The notes under the pieces: model-generated
What the model was told of the DNA's origin: nothing
The model's input: only the letters and a program-made list of their open reading frames with translations
The model's database searches: none
Position numbers and translations under genes: made by a program
Origin: a virus
Length of the DNA: 64,000 nucleotides
IMG/VR virus record: IMGVR_UViG_3300032401_000690
Span: 64,001-128,000 of that record
Direction: 5' to 3' (one strand)
Part shown: positions 1-10,014 of the stretch, piece by piece
Position numbering within the stretch: position 1 is the stretch's first letter
How the letters are laid out: every line of letters starts with the position of its first letter

Positions 1-1
1 A

Positions 2-652
2 CACACATATGGAGTATCTGGTGACTACACAATTACAATTACGGGAATTATAAATGGATTTAGGTTTAATAATGTTGGTGACAAATTAAAACTATTAAAT
101 GTTACACAATGGGGACCACTTAATGTTGGTAATCTTGGTAATTATTTTAGAGGTTGCTCAAATTTAGATTTAAGTAGTGTTTCGGATGTTTTAGATATGG
201 TTGGGACAACTAATTGCATTGAGTTCTTTAGAGGTTGTAGTTCATTAACATCAATAAATAATTTAGAGTTTTGGGATGTATCGTCAGTAATATTTATGAA
301 TGGTATGTTTAGTCAATGTACTACGTTTAATCATAATATCTCAACTTGGAATGTATCTTCAGTAACAAATATGAATAGTATGTTTGTTGTAAGCACATCA
401 TTTGATCAAGATCTAGGTTCGTGGGATGTTTCATTAGTAACCACTATGTTATTAATGTTTGGTTCGGCAACGTTATCAACACCAAATTACGATTCACTTT
501 TAAATGGTTGGGCATCACTCGGAGGTTCATTACAAAGTGGTGTATCGTTTAACGGAGGAAATTCTGTTTATACGATTGCAACATCCGGTGTTAGTAGAGT
601 ATACCTTACTGGTACCAAATTATGGACAATAAGTGATGGTGGTGGAATTTAA
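2..652 (+). CDS. 5'-truncated DUF285/BspA-like repeat protein (surface/adhesin-like), begins before the window
   Basis: Frame of ORF 197..652 is open back to base 2 (HTYGVSGDYTITITG...). It has three WxVSxVxxMxxMF repeats typical of DUF285. Confidence 0.7.
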   Translation, partial: HTYGVSGDYTITITGIINGFRFNNVGDKLKLLNVTQWGPLNVGNLGNYFRGCSNLDLSSVSDVLDMVGTTNCIEFFRGCSSLTSINNLEFWDVSSVIFMNGMFSQCTTFNHNISTWNVSSVTNMNSMFVVSTSFDQDLGSWDVSLVTTMLLMFGSATLSTPNYDSLLNGWASLGGSLQSGVSFNGGNSVYTIATSGVSRVYLTGTKLWTISDGGGI

Positions 653-704
653 ATTTCTTATTTAGTTTTTTAATTAGTTTTTTATTTTTATCTAAAACTA
701 ATTA

Positions 705-1952
705 ATGAAGATTTTTATTCAAATCGCTTCCTATCGTGATCCCCAACTTAACTTAACAATCAAAGATTGTATTGAAAATTCTAAACACCCAAAAAATTTA
801 GTATTTGGGATAACTAATCAATACCACCCTGACGATAATTTTAATATTGACGAATTCCAAAATGATAAAAGATTTAGGATAGAAAATGTTTTATATTCGG
901 AATCCAAAGGGGCTTGTTGGGCTCGGAATTTACTACAACAAAGATATGGTGGTGAAACGTACACACTACAAATTGATTCTCACATGAGGTTTGCCCCTAA
1001 TTGGGATGTTGAGATGATAAAAATGATTAAACAACTCCAAAAGAAGGGACATAAAAAACCTTTATTGACGGGGTATGTTTCTTCGTTTGACCCCGATAAT
1101 GATCCTGAAGGTAGGGTACAAGAACCTTGGAGAATGTCTTTTGATAGGTTTATACCTGAATCACCAATTTTTTTCTTACCCGAAGTAATTCCAAATTGGA
1201 AATCATTAACCGAACCAATACCATCAAGATTTTATTCCGCACACTTTTGTTTCACACTAGGACAATTTGCTTATGAAGTTCAGCATGATAAAAATTATTA
1301 TTTTCACGGTGAAGAAATATCCATAGGTGTTAGAGCATTCACCCACGGTTACGATCTGTTTCATATACATAAAGTTTTAATTTGGCACGAATATACCAGA
1401 AAAAATCGTATAAAATCTTGGGATGATGATAAGGTATGGTACGAAAAAAACAACAATTCACATTTAAGAAATAAAAAATTATTCTCAATGGATGGTGAAG
1501 TTTATAACTCAGAAGAATTTGGGATCTATGGTTTTGGAACTGAAAGAACATTAAAAGATTATGAACAATATTCTGGTGTTTTATTCTCAAAACGAGCAGT
1601 TCAACAATATACAATTGATAAACAATACCCCCCAAACCCATATACATACAACACAGAAGAAGAATGGTTAGATAGTTTTACGTCGGTATTCAAACATTGT
1701 ATTGACGTATCATTTAGTAGTGTTCCTGAAACTGATTATGATTTTTGGGTTGTAGCATTTCACAACGAAAAGGATGAAACATTACATAGACAAGATGCCG
1801 ATGTGAATGAAATAAACAGAATGAAACAAGACCCTGATGGATATTGTAAAGTATGGAGAGAGTTTAATACAACAGAAAAACCAAAGTATTGGGTTGTTTG
1901 GCCACATAGTTTATCAAAGGGGTGGTGCGAAAGAATAACAGGAAATTTATAA
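705..1952 (+). CDS. Glycosyltransferase, GlcNAc-transferase (Skp1-GlcNAcT/GT60-like) family
   Basis: IFIQIASYRD N-terminus, LQIDSHMRF (DxH), FHGEEI and WHEY motifs. Confidence 0.75.
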   Translation: MKIFIQIASYRDPQLNLTIKDCIENSKHPKNLVFGITNQYHPDDNFNIDEFQNDKRFRIENVLYSESKGACWARNLLQQRYGGETYTLQIDSHMRFAPNWDVEMIKMIKQLQKKGHKKPLLTGYVSSFDPDNDPEGRVQEPWRMSFDRFIPESPIFFLPEVIPNWKSLTEPIPSRFYSAHFCFTLGQFAYEVQHDKNYYFHGEEISIGVRAFTHGYDLFHIHKVLIWHEYTRKNRIKSWDDDKVWYEKNNNSHLRNKKLFSMDGEVYNSEEFGIYGFGTERTLKDYEQYSGVLFSKRAVQQYTIDKQYPPNPYTYNTEEEWLDSFTSVFKHCIDVSFSSVPETDYDFWVVAFHNEKDETLHRQDADVNEINRMKQDPDGYCKVWREFNTTEKPKYWVVWPHSLSKGWCERITGNL

Positions 1953-1955
1953 GGT

Positions 1956-2633
1956 ATGGAAATATTAGGAATTAAAATATCTAATAGAGGTTATTTTATT
2001 AATCTACCTGAAAGTATTGATAGATTGGAGAATGTTAATCAACAAATCATTAAATACGAATTAAAAAATTTAGAACGGGTTGAGGCAGTTACGGATCCTT
2101 GGCATCAAACATCTTGTACCAAAAGTCATAAAAAAGTTTTTGAGATTGCAAAATCAAGAAACGAAGAAATAATTACAGTATTTGAGGACGACTTTCAAAT
2201 TAACGATAAAATTAAATATTATAAAAATCAGGTTGATTTGTTACCAAAATTAGAAATGGTATTTAATGATTTAAAAATGGTTGAATGGGATGTTCTTTTG
2301 TTGGGTTGTAATCCAAAGTCGGATATCACCCCAATTACAAAACATTTAGGTGTTATTGATAAATGTTCTGGTGGGTGGGCATATATCATCAAAAAGAATG
2401 CATATGAATATATTCTAAATAATTTTGATTATAATAGAGATAGATTAGCAATTGATGATATTTTACCTTTATTAAACACTTGTGGGTTTAAAACAATAAC
2501 AACAATACCCATGTTGGTTCATCACGCAATTGGTTTTGAATCCACATTAGAACGAAAAGGCCCTGTTAATTACACCATTTGGATTGAGGGTAGTTGGGAT
2601 AAACATTATTATGGTATAACCAAAGAAATATGA
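1956..2633 (+). CDS. Glycosyltransferase family 25-like
   Basis: YFINL...DR, CTKSH, VFEDD, WDVLLLG, AYII and IDD motifs. Confidence 0.75.
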   Translation: MEILGIKISNRGYFINLPESIDRLENVNQQIIKYELKNLERVEAVTDPWHQTSCTKSHKKVFEIAKSRNEEIITVFEDDFQINDKIKYYKNQVDLLPKLEMVFNDLKMVEWDVLLLGCNPKSDITPITKHLGVIDKCSGGWAYIIKKNAYEYILNNFDYNRDRLAIDDILPLLNTCGFKTITTIPMLVHHAIGFESTLERKGPVNYTIWIEGSWDKHYYGITKEI

Positions 2634-4312
2634 TAACATTAGTAACAGGTTTATGGGATATAGGTAGAGGAGACCTTGATGAAGGTTGGTCAAGATCATA
2701 CCAACATTATTTGGATAAATTCAAAGAGTTGTTAAGTGTAAACAATAACCTCATCATTTTTGGTGATCAAGAGTTAAAAACTTTTGTGTCTCAACATAGA
2801 GACGATAATAATACCCAATTTATTTTGAGGGATTTAAGTTGGTTTAAAAATAATGAATACTACCCAATCATACAATCAATACGAACAAACCCAGAATGGT
2901 TTAACCAAGTTGGTTGGTTAGGTGGATCAACACAATCAAAATTGGAAATGTATAATCCTTTAGTTATGTCTAAAGTGTTTTTACTTAACGATGCAAAAAT
3001 ATTGGATAAGTTTAATTCTGATAAATTGTTTTGGATTGATGCTGGTTTAACAAATACCGTTCATCCAGGGTATTTTACTCACGATAAAGTATTGGATAAA
3101 ATTGATAAGTTATCTGATAAATTTTTATTTGTTTCTTTCCCATATGATGCGGAAACTGAAGTTCACGGGTTTAACTATAATGAAATGAAACGACTAACAA
3201 ATGCAACACCTAATATTGTTTGTCGTGGAGGATTTTTTGGTGGAGATAAGGATACAATATCACAAATGAATAGTTTGTATTATGGAATATTATTGGATAC
3301 CCTTAAACGGGGATTTATGGGAACAGAAGAAAGTTTATTCACAATACTTACTTATCAATATCCAAGTTTAATTGATTATTGTGAAATCAATTCAGATGGT
3401 TTAGTGTATAAATTTTTTGAGGATGTTAAAGATAATACAACAAATGTTAAAAATTTTAATTCAAACCCCATTGTTAATAAAACCAATAATAATAGGTTAG
3501 ACACTTCAAAAGTTGGTCTTTACGTTATAACATTTAATTCCCCAAAACAGTTTGAAACTTTAATTCAAAGTATGTTAGATTATGATCCTAATTTTATTAC
3601 ACGAACCAAAAAGTTTTTACTTGATAATTCAACCGACTTAACAACAACACCAAGATATATTGAACTATGTGATGAGTATGGGTTTGAACATATAAAGAAA
3701 GTTAATTTAGGTATTTGTGGGGGGAGACAATTTGTTTCAGACCATTTTAATGATTCCGATTTGGAAGTCGGAATATGGTCAGAAGATGATATGTTTTTTC
3801 AGAATAAACCGGGTGAAACTTGTCGTAATGGTTTTAATCGTTACACACCAAATTTATATCAAAAGTGTTTAGAAATATTAAAAAAAGAAAATTTTGATAT
3901 GCTCAAGTTAAATTTCACCGAATTTTACGGTGATAATTCAGTTTGTTGGCCGTGGTATAACACACCCCAAGATTTTAGACAAAAACATTGGACAAACAAT
4001 CCTACATTACCGGTGCAAGGGTTAGACCCTAACGCACCTTTAACAGAATTTAAAAATATTAAATCACATAAAGGTTTACCTTACGCGACAGGTGAAATTT
4101 ACTATTGTAATTGGACTCATTTTATTACAAAAGAAGGTAATCGTAAAATGTTCCAAGATACAAAATTCCAACATCCTTTTGAGAATACTTGGATGTCCCA
4201 CATTTATCAAGAAACCATAAAAGGAAAAATTAAGTCAGGATTGTTGTTATTAACACCAATAGAACATAAAAGATTTGATCACTATGACGGATCATTAAGA
4301 AAAGAATGTTAA
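2630..4312 (+). CDS. Two-domain glycosyltransferase (HtrL/YibB-like N-terminus plus GT-A fold C-terminus)
   Basis: TLVTGLWDIGR, FWIDAG, GGFFGG and MGTEE in the N-domain. YVITFN...LLDNS...WSEDD in the C-domain. Confidence 0.6.
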   Translation: MITLVTGLWDIGRGDLDEGWSRSYQHYLDKFKELLSVNNNLIIFGDQELKTFVSQHRDDNNTQFILRDLSWFKNNEYYPIIQSIRTNPEWFNQVGWLGGSTQSKLEMYNPLVMSKVFLLNDAKILDKFNSDKLFWIDAGLTNTVHPGYFTHDKVLDKIDKLSDKFLFVSFPYDAETEVHGFNYNEMKRLTNATPNIVCRGGFFGGDKDTISQMNSLYYGILLDTLKRGFMGTEESLFTILTYQYPSLIDYCEINSDGLVYKFFEDVKDNTTNVKNFNSNPIVNKTNNNRLDTSKVGLYVITFNSPKQFETLIQSMLDYDPNFITRTKKFLLDNSTDLTTTPRYIELCDEYGFEHIKKVNLGICGGRQFVSDHFNDSDLEVGIWSEDDMFFQNKPGETCRNGFNRYTPNLYQKCLEILKKENFDMLKLNFTEFYGDNSVCWPWYNTPQDFRQKHWTNNPTLPVQGLDPNAPLTEFKNIKSHKGLPYATGEIYYCNWTHFITKEGNRKMFQDTKFQHPFENTWMSHIYQETIKGKIKSGLLLLTPIEHKRFDHYDGSLRKEC

Positions 4313-4348
4313 AATGTATTATTGATATATTTATAGTAAAAACTATAA

Positions 4349-4765
4349 ATGGAATTCTACCTTAAACGAAATGCTACGTTACCCGTTTTAAAACTCCAAA
4401 TAACGAAAGACGGAAGAAGTGACTATAATAAATTTATGGATATGATCGAAACCTCGGCGATTTTCTTTTCTATGGTAAATACTGAAACGGGAATACCCAA
4501 GATCACAACAAGGGCTGCCGGGTTTGTTGAAAAAATACAACTTGAACCAAATGCAACACCCGAATATTATATCTATTATAAATTTACATCAAGGGATACA
4601 AATAAGGTTGGTAGATATGAAGGTCAATTCTTATTAAGAAATGATGAGGGAACATTAATTTTACCGATCAGAGAACAATTATTTATCAATATCCAAGAAA
4701 GTTTTATTGCTGATGACCTACCTTATGAGAGTTGTTATGTTATTGAATTTCCTTGTTGTAATTAA
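4349..4765 (+). CDS. Hypothetical protein, possibly BppU-like beta-sandwich virion protein
   Basis: ORF preceded by TATTTAT. YKFTSRDT..GRYEGQF pattern is reminiscent of BppU-like domains. Confidence 0.4.
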   Translation: MEFYLKRNATLPVLKLQITKDGRSDYNKFMDMIETSAIFFSMVNTETGIPKITTRAAGFVEKIQLEPNATPEYYIYYKFTSRDTNKVGRYEGQFLLRNDEGTLILPIREQLFINIQESFIADDLPYESCYVIEFPCCN

Positions 4766-4824
4766 AAACATTCACTAAAATCGGTATATTTATATAAAAA
4801 CATAAAACAAACAAAACAAAAAAA

Positions 4825-5061
4825 ATGAAAGTAGAAATTGCGAACCCAAAAACTATGGTTGTTGTTGCTGAACAAACAAAAACATTTAACTCATTAACAA
4901 TCAGACGTATGGTTGATTTCCCAGGACAAAAAAAGGTTATCGTTCATATTGAGGAAGCAAACGAACCTGTTGTATTATGGGAAGGTGCCTCTTATGACGC
5001 TATTGGTGAATGGACAAATGCTGATGTTATTGCTAAATTAAACACACTTTACACGGCATAA
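4825..5061 (+). CDS. Hypothetical protein
   Basis: 78-aa ORF with upstream TATTTAT and A-rich leader, and a downstream hairpin. Confidence 0.6.
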   Translation: MKVEIANPKTMVVVAEQTKTFNSLTIRRMVDFPGQKKVIVHIEEANEPVVLWEGASYDAIGEWTNADVIAKLNTLYTA

Positions 5062-5070
5062 GAAATATTT

Positions 5071-5107
5071 AATATCCCCCGATGTTATTTAATGTTGGGG
5101 GGATATT
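5071..5107 (+). terminator. Stem-loop, probable terminator
   Basis: AATATCCCCC...GGGGGATATT inverted repeat just after the 5061 stop. Confidence 0.55.
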
Positions 5108-5197
5108 GATAACCAACCTTTTTTATAATATATTTAAGTGTATAAGGTAAATGTCGGCAAGTACGACAGATAATGAACCAAACTTAAATATATTAAA

Positions 5198-8128
5198 ATG
5201 ATATCAGCAGAAGAAATTAAGGCCTTTCTTGAGGGGTCTGATCCTGAACAACACATTGTTTCAGTGGAATTTGATTACGCATCCAATTGTGTATATAAAA
5301 TCAAAGAAGTTCCCGGTCAAGGGAAAACAATACAAAAAGAAAGTTTTATTGCATTTGCTTGGGTAGGAGATCTACGTGGGTTAAATTTTTATGGTTCATC
5401 AAAAGATAACCAAAAAGAGGCGATGACCAAATATGGTATTGTGATTGAGAAATTACGAACCGATGGTAATGAACGATTAGAGAATGGTTTAACATTTTTG
5501 GTTAAGTCATTAAAAGGATATAGAGAACTTATACAATTCTTTAAAGATGGTGGTTTAGATCCTTGGGGTGAGAAATGTAAGGATAAGATAACGGTTTTAT
5601 CACCGGTGGAACAATACCTTGTTTCAAAGGAGAAAAGATTATTTAAGGGGTTTGAGGAATACAACGATATTACCAGATTTGGATTTGACCTTGAAACGAC
5701 CTCTTTGGAACCAAAGGATGGTCGTATCTTTATGATTGGGATGAAAACCAATAAAGGGTTCAAAAAAGTAATAGAATGTTCAAATGAAGATGAGGAGAGA
5801 CGAGGTCTTGTGGAATTCTTCAGAACAATAGATGAACTTAAACCATCAATTATTGCGGGATATAACTCAGCAAACTTTGACTGGTTTTGGATATTTGAGA
5901 GATGTAAGGCTCTGAATTTAGATATTAAGAAAATTGCAATATCATTAAACCCAAAGAAAACAATATCCCAAAAGGAATCAATGTTAAAACTTGCAAATGA
6001 GGTTGAAAGATTTAATCAGGTTCAATTGTGGGGTTATAATGTAATTGATATTATTCACTCAGTTCGTAGATCACAGGCAATCAATTCAAACATTAAAGAA
6101 GCGGGTTTGAAATACATCACAAAGTTTATTGATGCCGAAGCCAAAGATCGTATATATATTGACCACACAAAGATTGGTCCTATGTATGCCGACAAAGATG
6201 ATTATTGGCTAAACATAGAAAATGGTAATTACCGTAAATGTGGTATTGATTCCAAGATTGATGAGGTTTGTTTTAGACGAGGAGACACTTACATAAAAAC
6301 AACGGGGGATGATATTGTTGAGAGATATCTTGACGATGACCTTGAGGAGACATTGATTGTTGATGACGAATTTAACCAAGCAACGTTTCTATTGGCATCA
6401 TTGGTTCCAACAACTTATGAACGAGTTTCAACCATTGGAACTGCATCTCTTTGGAAGATGGTTATGTTAGCATGGTCATATAAACATGGGTTGGCAATTC
6501 CAAAGAAAGAAGAGAAAAGAAACTTTGTTGGTGGTTTATCACGTTTATTAAAGGTGGGATATTCTAAAGATGTATTAAAACTTGACTACTCTTCACTATA
6601 TCCATCAATTCAGTTAGTACACGATATATTTCCTGAATGTGATATTACAGGGGCAATGAAAGGATTTTTAACATACTTCCGTAATTCTCGTATTATGTTT
6701 AAGAATTTGGCGGCAGAATATAAAAACACCGATAAAAAGAAATCAACGTCTTATGACCGTAAACAATTACCTATTAAGATTTTCATCAACGCATTCTTTG
6801 GATCGTTATCGGCACCTCACGTATTTCCTTGGGGTGATATAAATATGGGGGAAGAAATAACCTGTACGGGGAGACAATATTTAAGACAAATGGTTAAATT
6901 TTTTACAAAACGAGGATATACCGCATCAGTGTTAGATACTGATGGTGTTAACTTTTCACTACCTGAAGGGGGTGTTGATGATAGGGTTTATATTGGGAAA
7001 GGAAATAACCCATTAATTAAAGAAGGTAAAGAATATACAGGATATGATGCGGATGTTGCAGAATTTAACGACATCTTTATGAAACGGGAGATGTTTTTAG
7101 ATTGTGATGGGACTTGGGATTCTTGTATTAACTTGGCTCGTAAGAACTATGCAACGATGGAACATAATGGTAAAGTTAAATTGACGGGTAATAGTATTAA
7201 GTCCAAAAAAATGCCAAAATATATTGAGAAGTTTTTGGATAAGGGTGTTAAACAATTACTTAAAGGTGAGGGTAAGGAATTTATTGAGTGGTATTATGAG
7301 TATATCCAAAAGATTTTTGATCAAAGAGTTCCATTGGCAGAAATTGCATCAAAGGCAAGAGTTAAAACAAGTGTTGATGGTTATATTACACGTAGTAAGC
7401 AAACAACAAAGTCGGGTAGTTTAATGTCCCGACAAGCGCATATGGAACTTATCATTAGAGATAAAATACAATCAAATCTTGGGGACACAATTTTTTATGT
7501 GAATAACGGAACTAAAGCGTCTCACGGAGATGTTCAGAAAGTTAATAAACCAAAGGCCGGTTGGAATAATGATCAGATAAATTTATTTTTTTCTGATTCT
7601 ACAAAATCTAAAGTATCTTTTAAAGAAAAGGAAACTTTTCTACTTAACAATGGTTGGGAGCAATCTTGGTCTGACGATAACTGGGTACGTAGTAATTCTA
7701 AGTATAAAGAGGCGAATAGTGGAACACCAACAGATATCGCATATAAAATGTCTAGTGCGGATTCTGTTGTTCAATTAAATTGTTATCGTATTGAACCATC
7801 TGATTTAGAAAACAACCCTGAGATGTTAGGTGAATATAATATCCAAAGAGCAATTGCAACTTTTAATAAACGAGTTGAACCATTACTAATTGTTTTTAGT
7901 AATGAGGTTAGAGATTCGTTATTAGTTAAAAATCCGGAGGATAGATGTTTTTATACTTCGGGGCAATGCGTATTAACAAATGGTAACCCATTTAAACCTG
8001 AAGATCAAGATGATTTGGTTGATCTATTAACTGTAACACCAGAAGAATTGGATTTCTGGACTAATGTTGGTATTAGCCCCGACCATATATATGACTTAGC
8101 GGAAAATGGGTGGGAAGAACATATATAA
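5198..8128 (+). CDS. Family B DNA polymerase with 3'-5' exonuclease
   Basis: ExoI FDLETT, ExoII GYNSANFD, and polymerase motifs LDYSSLYPS, KIFINAFFG, LDTDG and RKNY. Confidence 0.95.
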   Translation: MISAEEIKAFLEGSDPEQHIVSVEFDYASNCVYKIKEVPGQGKTIQKESFIAFAWVGDLRGLNFYGSSKDNQKEAMTKYGIVIEKLRTDGNERLENGLTFLVKSLKGYRELIQFFKDGGLDPWGEKCKDKITVLSPVEQYLVSKEKRLFKGFEEYNDITRFGFDLETTSLEPKDGRIFMIGMKTNKGFKKVIECSNEDEERRGLVEFFRTIDELKPSIIAGYNSANFDWFWIFERCKALNLDIKKIAISLNPKKTISQKESMLKLANEVERFNQVQLWGYNVIDIIHSVRRSQAINSNIKEAGLKYITKFIDAEAKDRIYIDHTKIGPMYADKDDYWLNIENGNYRKCGIDSKIDEVCFRRGDTYIKTTGDDIVERYLDDDLEETLIVDDEFNQATFLLASLVPTTYERVSTIGTASLWKMVMLAWSYKHGLAIPKKEEKRNFVGGLSRLLKVGYSKDVLKLDYSSLYPSIQLVHDIFPECDITGAMKGFLTYFRNSRIMFKNLAAEYKNTDKKKSTSYDRKQLPIKIFINAFFGSLSAPHVFPWGDINMGEEITCTGRQYLRQMVKFFTKRGYTASVLDTDGVNFSLPEGGVDDRVYIGKGNNPLIKEGKEYTGYDADVAEFNDIFMKREMFLDCDGTWDSCINLARKNYATMEHNGKVKLTGNSIKSKKMPKYIEKFLDKGVKQLLKGEGKEFIEWYYEYIQKIFDQRVPLAEIASKARVKTSVDGYITRSKQTTKSGSLMSRQAHMELIIRDKIQSNLGDTIFYVNNGTKASHGDVQKVNKPKAGWNNDQINLFFSDSTKSKVSFKEKETFLLNNGWEQSWSDDNWVRSNSKYKEANSGTPTDIAYKMSSADSVVQLNCYRIEPSDLENNPEMLGEYNIQRAIATFNKRVEPLLIVFSNEVRDSLLVKNPEDRCFYTSGQCVLTNGNPFKPEDQDDLVDLLTVTPEELDFWTNVGISPDHIYDLAENGWEEHI

Positions 8129-8129
8129 G

Positions 8130-8486
8130 TTAGTTTAACTTTAGACCATCAGAACTGATAATGTACCAATTTCCCTCAACAAAACTTAAATGGACACACG
8201 CACCTTTATCTAATTGTAGTTCGTCCCATTCTTCATCAATTTTACCTAAATCGGGTTTTATCAGGGTGGTAGTTAAAGATTTAATTATCACCGACTGATT
8301 TACCTCAGAATTTAATACAATTTCTGAAGATTCAATATCTTTTACGATCACCAACATTTCTTCACCTGTTGTGTAATTTTCCTCTTTAACCACTTTTTCG
8401 GTAACCACATTTTTAGATGGTATAACTACGTGGGTTTGATATCTAACCACATTTTTTCTTTGTGATATATTTTCTATTTTTATCAT
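8130..8486 (-). CDS. Hypothetical (beta-rich, possibly virion) protein
   Basis: 118-aa ORF whose start overlaps the upstream neck-like gene stop by 4 nt. Confidence 0.6.
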   Translation of the reverse strand: MIKIENISQRKNVVRYQTHVVIPSKNVVTEKVVKEENYTTGEEMLVIVKDIESSEIVLNSEVNQSVIIKSLTTTLIKPDLGKIDEEWDELQLDKGACVHLSFVEGNWYIISSDGLKLN

Positions 8487-9610
8487 ATTACATAAATTTG
8501 TCTTGGCATTGCTCGGAATTTTAATGATTTATTTAAATTCTCAGCAATTAATGCTTCTCGTTCCATTACTTTGTCAGGTCTTAACCTTGTTAATTTACCT
8601 TCCACTCCGATTAGTTCCTCAATTAATTTTGTTTTTTCATCTTTTCCTTCAGTTGCTAGTGATGCATAATCCATAGTTAATTCAGAGTCAGGTGTTTTTA
8701 AGTTACCACTATATTTACCTCTAACTTTAGCAAGTGTTTCTTTACAATATGCTATAAACCAATTTCTAACCCAAACTTGTGCAGGGTGATTTAGATCCGT
8801 CCAAGAGATACTATCTAAAGGAACGTCAGATGGTAATTTAATTATGTCGGGATTATCTTTTAAACATTTGTCTCTACCACCTTCAGTAGTGTCATAATAC
8901 CAATACCAAACTTTACCTCTTGTCATTGTTCCATTACCAAAATCAAATTTACCTCCGGGAGTATTCATTAAGTGAATTGCCTTTTTACCTCCGGGTAATG
9001 CGGTGATTCTATATGTTAAATCTCCGGCAATAACTCTTCTTTGGATATTAATTTCTTGTGCTCTTAATAACATATCAAATACGGGCATCATAAAATAACT
9101 TCCACCACTACCACCCATTTGTGCAAGACCTCCACCTCCTCCGAGACCTCCACCATATCCTAACGATCCGAACGACCAAGGATCAAACATTGTATTATTT
9201 AATGTTGCTGGTGTAAACCATAGAAGTTCATTAATTTCTCTACCTGCAGGTATTTCATAAATTTGTTGGTTATGAACTAATTGGATATAATCCTTTTTAA
9301 GTTCCCACTCACCACCGGCTTGTAGACCAACAATTTTTGAATATGCGTATGTGTATCTTGTTTCGTAATCTAAACTTTTAGTAACGAATGCTCTTGCAAC
9401 TGATTGTGTTTCAATATTTAAATTATGAAGACTTGTCCATTGAGATTCTATTAACCAATCTTGAACATATTGAGAATATTGGTCAATAGAGAATTCTAAC
9501 AACGTATCCATTTGTTCGTCCTCCAATTCTATACCTCTTAATGGGGCACCAAGTACGTGTTTAACTTGTGTGTATAGTTTGGATCTTTCTGGCTCTGGTA
9601 TGATTGACAT
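8483..9610 (-). CDS. Putative neck/head-tail adaptor protein (T4 gp13-like)
   Basis: N-terminal LGAP..IELEDEQ and C-terminal KETLAKVRGKY...EGKDE pattern of gp13-like neck proteins. TATTTAT upstream. Confidence 0.65.
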   Translation of the reverse strand: MSIIPEPERSKLYTQVKHVLGAPLRGIELEDEQMDTLLEFSIDQYSQYVQDWLIESQWTSLHNLNIETQSVARAFVTKSLDYETRYTYAYSKIVGLQAGGEWELKKDYIQLVHNQQIYEIPAGREINELLWFTPATLNNTMFDPWSFGSLGYGGGLGGGGGLAQMGGSGGSYFMMPVFDMLLRAQEINIQRRVIAGDLTYRITALPGGKKAIHLMNTPGGKFDFGNGTMTRGKVWYWYYDTTEGGRDKCLKDNPDIIKLPSDVPLDSISWTDLNHPAQVWVRNWFIAYCKETLAKVRGKYSGNLKTPDSELTMDYASLATEGKDEKTKLIEELIGVEGKLTRLRPDKVMEREALIAENLNKSLKFRAMPRQIYVI

Positions 9611-9664
9611 AGTGTTGGTTTTTATTATAAATATCCAACTAAATAAAAACTATTTATTTATGGG

Positions 9665-9753
9665 TTAAATTATAGGTTTCCTCCGACTGTTATTTTTATA
9701 TCATACGAGACACAACTGGTGGGTGTCCCCCCAAATTATAGGTATCTTCCAAC
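9665..9753 (-). CRISPR. CRISPR-like mini-array 3 (1 diverged 36-bp repeat, 1 spacer, 1 truncated repeat)
   Basis: Repeat 9718-9753, 30-bp spacer 9688-9717, degenerate partial repeat 9665-9687. Confidence 0.6.
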
Positions 9754-10007
9754 CATATACTGAGTATATCCCTTGTTTGTGAGTCATCTAACCCAAAAAT
9801 GTTTTTAAAAAACGACCAAAGTCTTTCTCTATTTATAAACACAAACCCATTTTTAATATTATGACGATAGAAAAATAACGGTCTTAGGTCTCTATCAACA
9901 TAAAATGTTTTATCACCTTTAACCTCCGGAGTTAAATCACCAAACTCTTTGTGTAACCACTTAAACACCAATCTGTCCCTACTACTTTCAGTTATTATTA
10001 TTTTCAT
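9696..10007 (-). CDS. Domain X protein copy 3 (unknown function); C-terminus encoded by repeat plus spacer
   Basis: Paralog of 10286..10624 and of the C-terminal domain of 10636..12129. Ends WLEDTYNLGGHPP-VVSRMI. Confidence 0.8.
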   Translation of the reverse strand: MKIIITESSRDRLVFKWLHKEFGDLTPEVKGDKTFYVDRDLRPLFFYRHNIKNGFVFINRERLWSFFKNIFGLDDSQTRDILSIWLEDTYNLGGHPPVVSRMI

Positions 10008-10014
10008 ATCATTT

